NCBI GenBank assembly: GCA_022711495.1
Contig: JAKLEX010000001.1
Coordinates: 151,058-215,057 of the forward strand
Origin: Patescibacteria group bacterium
Lineage (GTDB): Bacteria > Patescibacteriota > Minisyncoccia > Phycocordibacterales > JAACPR01
Direction: 5' to 3'
Length of the DNA: 64,000 nt
Shown: positions 56,260 to 64,000 of the stretch, in pieces
Layout: each line of letters starts with the position of its first letter
How positions within the stretch are numbered: position 1 is the stretch's first letter
Translations under genes and position numbers: made by a program
Notes under the pieces: generated by a model
What the model was told of the DNA's origin: nothing
Seen by the model: only the letters and a program-made list of their open reading frames with translations
The model's database searches: none

Positions 56260-57057
56260 ATGTCTCAATACACCGCGACAAATCTCTTAAGGAGAAAACG
56301 ATTAAGAATGTATTGGAAGTTAGGCTTGACGCTAACTTTCCTTGGCATGGTTATTTTCGGCGTCTCTTTTTGGTCTAGACAAGATTTTTTCCAGATTAAA
56401 TCAGTACAGATAACCGGTAATCATTATGTTTCATCTGACATTATTTTGGAAAAGTTCGACGAGGCTGTTCGGCAAAATCTATTTCTGATTTTTAATCGTC
56501 GCAATTTGTTTTTCTTGCCACGCGCCGAGATCGCCCGAGAAATTGAAAGGGAATTGCCCGTTCGTTCGGCCTATATAGATATGTCCGGTTTATCTACGGT
56601 CAATCTTGAGGTTGTTGAACATGAACCAAAAGCCATCTGGTGCGGAGATTCGACCAGACTTGATTGTTATTTGTTAAATACCGACGGTTTATTTTTTGTA
56701 AAGGCGCCGGAGATGATTTTTGACGATCTGATTGAAGTGTCCGGCGACATCGCCGGTGAAGTCTTGGGCCAAAGCTATACCGATAAAAAAGTTTTCAATA
56801 ATTTTATTTCACTTAAATCGCTTTTGAAAAAAATCAACATCGGCATCACTAAAATTTCCACGGAGGATTATGAAACTTTCACTTTAACGACGATAAACGG
56901 CCCGGTTCTTTTGATTGATAAAAAGGACGGTCCGGTAGAAATCGCCAACAACCTAAAAACCACCTTGGAGCAGGAGTCTATTCATAAAATACAACTTCAA
57001 AACATAGAATATCTTGACCTGCGTTTTTCTAATAAGGTTTATTACAAAATCAAATAA
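56260..57057 (+). CDS. FtsQ/DivIB-like cell-division protein (TM + POTRA)
   Basis: Short cytoplasmic N-terminus, a TM, then a POTRA-like IKSVQITGNHYVS. Confidence 0.5.
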   Translation: MSQYTATNLLRRKRLRMYWKLGLTLTFLGMVIFGVSFWSRQDFFQIKSVQITGNHYVSSDIILEKFDEAVRQNLFLIFNRRNLFFLPRAEIAREIERELPVRSAYIDMSGLSTVNLEVVEHEPKAIWCGDSTRLDCYLLNTDGLFFVKAPEMIFDDLIEVSGDIAGEVLGQSYTDKKVFNNFISLKSLLKKINIGITKISTEDYETFTLTTINGPVLLIDKKDGPVEIANNLKTTLEQESIHKIQLQNIEYLDLRFSNKVYYKIK

Positions 57058-57076
57058 AGACGATATAATATAGACA

Positions 57077-57466
57077 ATGAAGTTTTTTACGCTGATCCCA
57101 TATTATCTTGTCTGGCACTATACCACCGGAATCGTGAATTATTTCGGTTTATGGGGCGACTTTATTTGGTTCTCTTATAATTATTTCTCTCTTAAAGCTC
57201 TCGTCCGGACGCTCTTTTCGCCGTTTAAAAGATTGTCAACAAAAGAGGCGCGCGGTTTTAGTCCTGGCAAATTTCTGGGTGACCTTGTTGTTGATATCTT
57301 AATGCGAATCATCGGTTTCGCCCTAAGGATCGTTGTAATAATCATCGGACTGCTTGTCACTGCCGGCGTAATCGTGGCCGGGCTGGTTCTCTTGGTTGTC
57401 TGGGCCGTTCTGCCTTGGTTGCTGGGATTTTTAATTGTTGCCGGGGTAATGGCCGTTATCAAATAG
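57077..57466 (+). CDS. Hypothetical membrane protein (129 aa)
   Basis: ORF track. It has hydrophobic helices. Confidence 0.4.
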   Translation: MKFFTLIPYYLVWHYTTGIVNYFGLWGDFIWFSYNYFSLKALVRTLFSPFKRLSTKEARGFSPGKFLGDLVVDILMRIIGFALRIVVIIIGLLVTAGVIVAGLVLLVVWAVLPWLLGFLIVAGVMAVIK

Positions 57467-57470
57467 AAAC

Positions 57471-59948
57471 ATGATCACTTTTGCTGAACTAAGAAATAAA
57501 GCTGACGCCGTTTATCCAGCTGTTTTGCTGGACAGGTATACCGATTATCGTCTTAGAAAAATCATCCGAGCGATTTTTCTGATAATCTCTTTGGTGTTGT
57601 TCGCGCTGGTGATTGTTTCAACCGATTCGTCAAAGAATCTTCTTTCTCTTCCACCGGCGTATGTTTCTTGGTCTATCGGACACGCGTATTTAATTCGCGG
57701 CTTGCTCTTTATTTTCTTTCCGCTCTGGGTTTTTCAATATTTGTTTGAGGCCTTCTATCTGTCTTATTATTTTGACGAAAAAGACATTGATTTCGACGTC
57801 GCCCGCCTTACTTTTTTGTCTGACGATCGCGACCTGACGAAAAGTTTTTTGAATTCAGAAATTGGTCGTCGAGCCATGTTTCGTCTGCAAATTGGTCAAA
57901 AACAGGTTAAAGATTTCTTTGTCTCTGACAGAAAAAATCTTAGAGAAACCAATTTTAGAATGCCGGCTGATTATTACGGCGGCTTTATTAGTTTGATTGA
58001 TTATGGTCAGACTATTTACGAACAAGACGAAAGTTTTACTCGTTTTCTTGCTCAAAACGGCGTTACTAAGCAACTTTTTCTAGGCGCTCTTGCCTGGGTT
58101 GATGACGAAGATTGGCGTTACAGAAATGACTGGCGATGGTGGATACGCTCCAATCTGGCCAGAATTCCAAGTTTGGGTCGGAACTGGGCCTTTGGCAAAA
58201 CTTATCTGCTTGAGAAATTCGGTAACTCAATTATGGCGGAACCTGTTTACCGCAGTTTGGGCGATAAATGGCGAATTCATCGCGAAGAGATCAGTCAGGT
58301 TGAAAATATTTTAGTTCGCGATACCGGAGCGAACGTTATGTTGATTTCACCAACCTCTGAAGCCGGTCTTGAGGTCGTGGCCTCATTCGGAAAGATGATT
58401 TTTAACGGTCAGACTTTGCCTGATCTGGAGGACAAGAGAATTTTCGTTCTTGATGTAAATTTATTGATTACTCAAGCTTCGGATCGCCAGGCTTTTGAGG
58501 AAAATATCATCAGTATTTTGGCTCAAGCCAATTCGGCTGGAAATGTTATCTTGGTTTTGCCACAAATCTCTGCTTTTCTGGAAAATGCCAATAAAATCGG
58601 CGTTGATGTTTCCTCATTGCTGTCCGAAGTTTTGGAATCAAAAAACATTCAAATTATTGGAATCTCAGACAAAAAGAGCTTCCACGAAGTTATTGAGACT
58701 GATTTTGATTTGATGCAGTTCTTTGAAAAGGTCTCAATCAAAGAAATCAACTACGATCTGGGGGTTCAGATTTTACAAGAAGAGTCGGGATTCTTGGAAA
58801 GCAAATATAAAGTTTTCTTCACCTATCAGAGTCTCGTGGCTATCGCTGAGGGCGCGGAAAAATATTTTATGGCCACTACTTATTCTGACAAGATTTTAGA
58901 TCTTCTTCACGAAGTCGCCATTAAATCTCGCGCCGAGAAAAAAATTGTTATCTCCGCCGATGATGTCTATAAGGTTTTATCAATCAAAACGGGGGTCGTT
59001 CAGGGAACTCTATCGTCGGATGAAAAGCAAAAACTATCTTCTTTGGAAGAAATTTTACACAAAAGAGTTATTGGTCAAAACGAAGCCATTCAATTTGTTG
59101 CTGACGCTTTGCGCCGAGGACGACTGGGCATCAGCAATCCTAAGAGGCCGATCGGCTCATTCTTATTCTTGGGTCCGACCGGTGTAGGAAAAACCGAAAC
59201 AACCAAAGCTTTGGCGGAGAGTTTTTTCGGGTCTGAAAAGAATATTTTGAGGTTTGATATGTCCGAGTTTACCGGCGCCGATGCAGTAGAGAGATTGATT
59301 GGCTCGGCTCATGGCCGAAAAACCGGAGCCTTGGCGGAAAAAATTATCAACGATCCTTACGGCGTGCTTCTGCTCGATGAATTTGAAAAAACCACCAAAG
59401 AAGTTTTAGATCTATTTCTACAGATTTTAGACGAGGGTCAGTTCACTGATTCCCGAGGTCAGAAAATAATTGCCAGAAATTTAATTATCATCGCGACCTC
59501 AAACGCCGGCAGTGATCTGATTTACAAAGCTAGTTTGGAGAAAAAAGATTTGGGCACCCTCAAGGAGAAAATCCTAAACACTCTTATCGCCGAGAGGATA
59601 TTTAAACCGGAACTTCTCAACCGTTTTGATGGCGTTGTTTTGTTCCACGCTCTTAACGAAAAGCATCTTTATCAAATCGCCAAATTAATGTTGCGCAAAT
59701 TGGACGAAAGATTAACCGACAAGGGAGTTAAACTTAACATAAACGAGGATCTTTTGAATTACTTGGTCAAGGTCGGCAACGATCCGAAATTCGGCGCTCG
59801 AGCCATGAATCGCGCCATTCAAAACGATATTGAAAAAATGATCGCCGATCGGTTGATCAGTGAGAAGATAAAAGCCGGCTCTTACCTTACCTTCAAATAC
59901 GATGCGACCGGCAAACTTCAAATAGCCGTCTCGGACAAAATAGTGTAA
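57471..59948 (+). CDS. Clp/Hsp100-family AAA+ ATPase with a single D2-type module and an N-terminal membrane-associated region
   Basis: ClpA/B D2 signature VIGQNEAI...LFLGPTGVGKTE...LLLDEFEK.... The N-terminal 500 aa have TM helices and no D1 Walker A. Confidence 0.6.
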   Translation: MITFAELRNKADAVYPAVLLDRYTDYRLRKIIRAIFLIISLVLFALVIVSTDSSKNLLSLPPAYVSWSIGHAYLIRGLLFIFFPLWVFQYLFEAFYLSYYFDEKDIDFDVARLTFLSDDRDLTKSFLNSEIGRRAMFRLQIGQKQVKDFFVSDRKNLRETNFRMPADYYGGFISLIDYGQTIYEQDESFTRFLAQNGVTKQLFLGALAWVDDEDWRYRNDWRWWIRSNLARIPSLGRNWAFGKTYLLEKFGNSIMAEPVYRSLGDKWRIHREEISQVENILVRDTGANVMLISPTSEAGLEVVASFGKMIFNGQTLPDLEDKRIFVLDVNLLITQASDRQAFEENIISILAQANSAGNVILVLPQISAFLENANKIGVDVSSLLSEVLESKNIQIIGISDKKSFHEVIETDFDLMQFFEKVSIKEINYDLGVQILQEESGFLESKYKVFFTYQSLVAIAEGAEKYFMATTYSDKILDLLHEVAIKSRAEKKIVISADDVYKVLSIKTGVVQGTLSSDEKQKLSSLEEILHKRVIGQNEAIQFVADALRRGRLGISNPKRPIGSFLFLGPTGVGKTETTKALAESFFGSEKNILRFDMSEFTGADAVERLIGSAHGRKTGALAEKIINDPYGVLLLDEFEKTTKEVLDLFLQILDEGQFTDSRGQKIIARNLIIIATSNAGSDLIYKASLEKKDLGTLKEKILNTLIAERIFKPELLNRFDGVVLFHALNEKHLYQIAKLMLRKLDERLTDKGVKLNINEDLLNYLVKVGNDPKFGARAMNRAIQNDIEKMIADRLISEKIKAGSYLTFKYDATGKLQIAVSDKIV

Positions 59949-59957
59949 GTTGTTATC

Positions 59958-60914
59958 ATGCAGAAAACGCAATTCCGATATTATTTAGGCATAGCGACAG
60001 CGGTTTTCAGTGGAATACTTTTGGCGGTTTTCGTCGTTGAAGGCGTTTCGCGCTCCTATAATTTTTTGGCGCAACACGTGGATTTTCCTTGGAATTCGGA
60101 GATGGGCGCGGAGGGTAGCGGTATTTATGAATACGAAGACGGCTCTTTATTTAGTCACTATTCCAAGTTGGACGAATCCATTGATTTTCCGGAGATCACT
60201 GCCAGCGCTTATTTGGTTGGCGATCTGGATACGGGCGAAGTTATAGAAAGTCAGGCTGCCGGCGAAATTTATCCTATCGCTTCAATAAGTAAATTAATGA
60301 CCGCTCTGGTTTCTGTTGAAACCATTGATCAATATTCACAAGTCAGCGTTCCAAAGCTGGCGGTTGAAACACTCGGTGAGCAGGGAAGTTTGCGATCTGG
60401 AGAAATTTTGTCGGCCAGCGATCTTTTACACGCATTACTTTTAGAATCAAGCAATGACGCCGCCGAAGCTTTAGCGGCTTTTGCCGGACGAGCCGACTTT
60501 ATCAAGAACATGAATAACCGCGCCGAATCTTTGGGCCTATCTGGCACTTCTTTTTCTGATCCGAGCGGATTGTCAAGCGGCAATAAATCAACGGCGTATG
60601 ATCTATTCAAACTTTTTCAATATTTGAGAGAAAATTCTCCGGAAATCGTGAAAATTACTGACAAAAAAAGTTATAAATCCAAGAAACACACTTGGTATAA
60701 CAACAATAAGTTTATCAACGATCGTCTTTATGCCGGTGGGAAAAACGGCTACACTTCAGAAGCCAAACACACCCTGCTGACGACTTTTGAATTGCCACTT
60801 TCTGATTCCAGTTACCGAAATATCGCCATTGTTTTGCTCCAGGCGGACAAGACCGAGAAAGATACCAGAGATATTTTATTTTATTTGTTGAGAAATATCT
60901 CTTACCATGAATAA
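59958..60914 (+). CDS. D-alanyl-D-alanine carboxypeptidase (peptidase S11 family)
   Basis: SISK (SxxK), SSN (SxN), KNG (KTG-like) motifs. N-terminal TM. Confidence 0.75.
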   Translation: MQKTQFRYYLGIATAVFSGILLAVFVVEGVSRSYNFLAQHVDFPWNSEMGAEGSGIYEYEDGSLFSHYSKLDESIDFPEITASAYLVGDLDTGEVIESQAAGEIYPIASISKLMTALVSVETIDQYSQVSVPKLAVETLGEQGSLRSGEILSASDLLHALLLESSNDAAEALAAFAGRADFIKNMNNRAESLGLSGTSFSDPSGLSSGNKSTAYDLFKLFQYLRENSPEIVKITDKKSYKSKKHTWYNNNKFINDRLYAGGKNGYTSEAKHTLLTTFELPLSDSSYRNIAIVLLQADKTEKDTRDILFYLLRNISYHE

Positions 60915-61878
60915 TTTTTGGCTGAAGTTGAAAAAGTCAAAGAGGGGCCACCCGATTTTGACGTTGGCGCCGATGGCGGACGTGACGGATGGAGCTTTTA
61001 GAGAAATAATCGCCAAATATGGCAAGCCGGATGTTTTTTGGACTGAATTTGTCTCGGCTGACGGACTGGTTTTGGCGCCAAAAAAGGGCCAGATACGCCT
61101 CTTGGAAGTTTTAAAATTTTCTAAAAAAGAAAAGCCGATTGTCGCCCAACTTTTTGGTTCCAATCCGGCTAATATGGAAAAAGCCGCGGCGCTGGTTGAA
61201 AAACTTGGCTTTGATGGATTGGATATAAATATGGGTTGTCCGGATCGCAGTATTGAAAAACAAAATAGCGGCGCGGCTATGATAAAAAATCCGACTTTGG
61301 CTAAAGAAATAATTGCCGCCGCCATGCGCGGAGCCCAAAAAATTCCCATTTCGGTGAAAATTCGTCTTGGTTATAATCAAGATATATTGGAAGAGTGGTT
61401 GATGCAAATTTTAGCGATGAATCCGGCGATGGTGACAGTCCACGCGCGCACCAGAAAAGAAATGTCCAAGGTCCCGGCCAGATGGGATCGCATAAAAGAT
61501 GCCGTTAAAATCCGTGACGCGTTGAAAAGCCCGACTTTGATTTTTGGCAATGGCGACGTAATTTCAATTAAGGACGCGAAACAAAAAGCCAAACAAACTG
61601 GCTGTGACGGAGTGATGATTGGTCGGGGGATTTTTGGAAAGCCATGGTTTTTTAGCGGTAAAAATCCAGATTTGAAGAAACGTCTTAAAATTTTAATTGA
61701 ACACATCAGACTTTTTGATAAATTAATTCAGCATAAAAATTTCGCGGTAATGAGGAAACATTTTAAGGCTTACGTTGAAGGATTTGACGGCGCCAAAGAG
61801 TTGCGGCGGGAATTAATGGAGACGAATTCGGCCGGGGAAGCGATAGGGGTTTTAGCTAATTTTATTAAAACTTTGTAG
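60907..61878 (+). CDS. tRNA-dihydrouridine synthase
   Basis: Dus TIM-barrel motifs (DINMGCP, catalytic Cys). Confidence 0.85.
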   Translation: MNNFWLKLKKSKRGHPILTLAPMADVTDGAFREIIAKYGKPDVFWTEFVSADGLVLAPKKGQIRLLEVLKFSKKEKPIVAQLFGSNPANMEKAAALVEKLGFDGLDINMGCPDRSIEKQNSGAAMIKNPTLAKEIIAAAMRGAQKIPISVKIRLGYNQDILEEWLMQILAMNPAMVTVHARTRKEMSKVPARWDRIKDAVKIRDALKSPTLIFGNGDVISIKDAKQKAKQTGCDGVMIGRGIFGKPWFFSGKNPDLKKRLKILIEHIRLFDKLIQHKNFAVMRKHFKAYVEGFDGAKELRRELMETNSAGEAIGVLANFIKTL

Positions 61879-61891
61879 AAACCCTCACTAC

Positions 61892-61920
61892 TTGACAAAA
61901 CGTTGTAGATATACTAATAT
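61892..61920 (+). promoter_or_regulatory. Strong sigma70-like promoter TTGACA-N17-TAATAT driving the downstream ncRNA candidate
   Basis: ttgaca (61892-61897), a 17 nt spacer, then taatat (61915-61920). Confidence 0.5.
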
Positions 61921-61927
61921 TCCAAGC

Positions 61928-62258
61928 AGAATTTTCAGATCAGAATAAGCTCTTTCCACGGTTGCCCAATCTAGCTTTGCGGACAAATCCGATAGGTCAT
62001 TCCGGGCGATTGTCGCCATAACTCTCCAAACAGGCGTTGGGGGAGTGAAAGCGATGCAGGTCTAGGCGTTCTATCGCGACCTCCTTGGCGCCGAATTGCG
62101 GAGCGCCATATTGCGGACATGGCGTTCCGTCGTGACCCAATCCGTCCGGCCGGCCTAGCGGAGCAAAGTCTTTGCGGGCAACCGTGGTCCATTTTAAATC
62201 TAACTATATGTCTATCCAAAGTCCGAGCGCGATCTTCGCCCTCGGACTTATTTTTTTG
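61928..62258 (+). ncRNA. Candidate structured ncRNA (about 330 nt). RNase P RNA or a long-form SRP RNA are the leading hypotheses; unclassified
   Basis: It is a promoter-to-terminator unit with no ORF. GC is about 58%, against about 43% in the flanks. A 12 bp closing helix ccacggttgccc (61960-61971) pairs with gggcaaccgtgg (62178-62189). The terminator is aagtccgag...ctcggactt + TTTTTTT (62219-62258). There is a UCCGGGC / CGUCCGG pair reminiscent of P4. It sits immediately upstream of dnaX. Confidence 0.45.
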
Positions 62259-62275
62259 TTATACTTATCCTAATT

Positions 62276-63331
62276 ATGGTCGGAAAAATCGAAAACACTT
62301 TTCAAGCTTTATATACCAAATATCGTCCGCAGAAATTTTCTGAAGTAATTGGACAAGATCATGTTGTGGATGTTTTGAAGGCGGCGCTGAAACAGGGAAA
62401 GGTGGCGCATGCTTATTTATTCTCTGGTTCGCGCGGAACAGGCAAGACTTCAGTGGCGAGGATTTTGGCTTCAGAAATTGGCACGACCAGCAAAGACTTA
62501 TATGAAATTGACGCCGCTTCTAATAATGGTGTTGAGGAAATTCGCTTGCTCAACGAAGCGGTTTTAACTTTGCCGTTTGATTCAAAATACAAAGTTTATA
62601 TTTTGGATGAAGTTCACATGTTGTCTAAGCCGGCTTTTAATGCGCTTCTTAAAACTTTGGAAGAACCACCAAAGCATATTGTTTTTATTTTAGCGACGAC
62701 TGAACCGCAGAAATTGCCAGAGACAGTGATTTCTCGCTGTGAACATTATGAATTTAAGTCGCCCAATCGAGCGGTTTTGAAAAAAATGGTAATGGCTACG
62801 GCGAAGAATGAAGGTTATGAGCTTGAACCGGAAGCGGCCGAGCTCATAGCTATTCTTGGCGACGGATCTTTTCGTGACGCGCTAACCAGTTTGCAGAAAT
62901 TGATTCGTTCGTCGGATGATAAGAAGTTGTCGCTGGCTGAAGCGGAAAAAGTTTTGGGAGCGCCACAGATTTCCATGATTAATTCGGTGGTTGAGGCTAT
63001 TCTGGTTGGGGATAAGGAAAAGGGGCTTTCGGCCTTGGCTACAGCCGCTGAGAAAAACATTGATGCTAAAGTTTTTGTGAAGTTATTGCTTGAAAAAATT
63101 CGGGCGGCTCTTTTAATCAAAATCGCGCCGACGAAAAAAGATTTATTTGAGGGGGTGGTTGGGGAAGATGACTTAGCTTTTTTGAGCGGGCTAGTAACAA
63201 AGTCCGTTGGGCGCGTTGACTCAAAAGTCTTGTCACGTTTGCTTTCGGTTTATGAAGAAACTTTATCTTCGCCATTGCCTTATTTGCCTCTGGAACTTGC
63301 TATAATTGATTTCGCGCAGGAAAAAGGATAA
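62276..63331 (+). CDS. dnaX: DNA polymerase III subunit gamma/tau (short form)
   Basis: Walker A GSRGTGKTS and the clamp-loader AAA+ pattern, 351 aa. Confidence 0.9.
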   Translation: MVGKIENTFQALYTKYRPQKFSEVIGQDHVVDVLKAALKQGKVAHAYLFSGSRGTGKTSVARILASEIGTTSKDLYEIDAASNNGVEEIRLLNEAVLTLPFDSKYKVYILDEVHMLSKPAFNALLKTLEEPPKHIVFILATTEPQKLPETVISRCEHYEFKSPNRAVLKKMVMATAKNEGYELEPEAAELIAILGDGSFRDALTSLQKLIRSSDDKKLSLAEAEKVLGAPQISMINSVVEAILVGDKEKGLSALATAAEKNIDAKVFVKLLLEKIRAALLIKIAPTKKDLFEGVVGEDDLAFLSGLVTKSVGRVDSKVLSRLLSVYEETLSSPLPYLPLELAIIDFAQEKG

Positions 63332-63342
63332 CCTGTGCTTTA

Positions 63343-63414
63343 TTGCCGGATCGTCTAATGGTAGGACATCGCCCTTTGGAGGCGAGTATCTTGGTTCGAA
63401 TCCAGGTCCGGCAG
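63343..63414 (+). tRNA. tRNA-Gln (anticodon UUG)
   Basis: UGCCGGA/UCCGGCA acceptor stem, anticodon stem UCGCC/GGCGA with loop CUUUGGA, T-arm GGUUCGAAUCC. Confidence 0.75.
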
Positions 63415-63526
63415 CAAAATATTTTCCCTTATTTTAAGCCACTTTTTCAAAACAGGTGTCTTGGACGGTAGAACTTCTGATATCTTTTGGTATTATTAGC
63501 TTGTTATTAAATTTTAATATAAAAAT

Positions 63527-63895
63527 ATGGAAGGAGAACCAAAACAAGAACAAATGGAAGAGGAGATAGAATACGGACCAGTTCAGAAAATTTTGTCACC
63601 AAACAGAATCAATGAAATTTTAGAGAGAAGCAATAGCAATGTTATACCAGGTTTTGAACCTGGAGAATACAAACAAGGTCCTAGATTGGTGTGGCGATTA
63701 CCTACAGTTGATGAAATATCTGGGAAATATAACGATAAGCTTTCCGGTGTAATAGATTTATTTTGGGCTAAGGATGGTGACGAGCTTGTTCTAGTTAATT
63801 CTCAAAATGGAAATGTTTTTCGTGGTAAAGAAATCTCAAGTCCAGAGAATCACTCTCTTGTCATGGTTAGCGACCACACAATATTTCCTGAATAG
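63527..63895 (+). CDS. Hypothetical protein (122 aa)
   Basis: ORF track only. Confidence 0.35.
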   Translation: MEGEPKQEQMEEEIEYGPVQKILSPNRINEILERSNSNVIPGFEPGEYKQGPRLVWRLPTVDEISGKYNDKLSGVIDLFWAKDGDELVLVNSQNGNVFRGKEISSPENHSLVMVSDHTIFPE

Positions 63896-64000
63896 TTTTT
63901 GCGTATCTTTTAGCTAAGTATGAACCTGTGGAATGTGCCATTTTCTTTGAACATCCGGATAGTCATAATAAATAGTATCGTGTTGCATTCGTTGCACTTA

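Noticed and set aside
61928-62258. Tried to assign the ncRNA candidate specifically as SRP RNA by locating the domain IV motif (GGUCC-GGAA-GGAAGCAGC).
   Set aside because: There is no convincing match by eye. RNase P signatures are also only partial, so the feature is left as unclassified structured RNA.
1-64000. CRISPR arrays, rRNA genes, IS elements or integrase genes.
   Set aside because: No regularly spaced direct repeats were seen. There are no rRNA-like stretches and no ORF with DDE/tyrosine-recombinase motifs. The only repeats are the four hairpin elements.

Overview
This 64 kb window has about 43% GC and is gene-dense with short intergenic spacers. By inference it belongs to a small-genome, Patescibacteria/CPR-like bacterium. 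TGA is used as a stop codon (rpiB ends in TGA overlapping the rpe ATG), so genetic code 11 applies.

Gene content:
- Housekeeping genes: ftsH, recG, gatB, pheS/pheT, gyrB, topA, parB, dnaX, serS, miaA, dus, rpsB-tsf, rplY, rpmE, a sub-60-aa rpmG missed by the ORF track, and prfA.
- A competence / type IV pilus cluster: comFC, pilM-N-O, pilB, a CheY-like receiver, pilT and pilC, with dprA about 30 kb away.
- A sugar-phosphate cluster: rpiB, rpe, a split transketolase, a PfkB kinase and a class I aldolase.
- smpB-ssrA (tmRNA) and seven tRNAs, including a tRNA with a UAU anticodon.

Most unusual observations:
1. Four intergenic copies of a roughly 75-85 nt hairpin element. The ends are conserved (TTGARATYCYCCGCAG ... 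CCGAGGAYTGGATYGAA), the inner stem varies but always pairs, and each copy is enclosed by a different, perfectly complementary 12-17 bp outer stem.
2. An NlpC/P60-type cysteine-peptidase domain of about 160 aa inserted into the B5 domain of PheT, followed immediately by a C39-like peptidase gene.
3. A GC-rich, roughly 330 nt promoter-to-terminator unit upstream of dnaX that looks like a structured ncRNA (candidates are RNase P RNA or a long SRP RNA).
4. Compositionally atypical blocks of about 50-52% GC with strong Shine-Dalgarno sites. They lie next to the 3' end of ssrA (1-4937), next to tRNA-Trp (47224-49320, including a Mrr-type PD-(D/E)xK nuclease-like gene) and at 10826-11870.

No CRISPR array, rRNA or recognisable transposase/integrase gene was seen.
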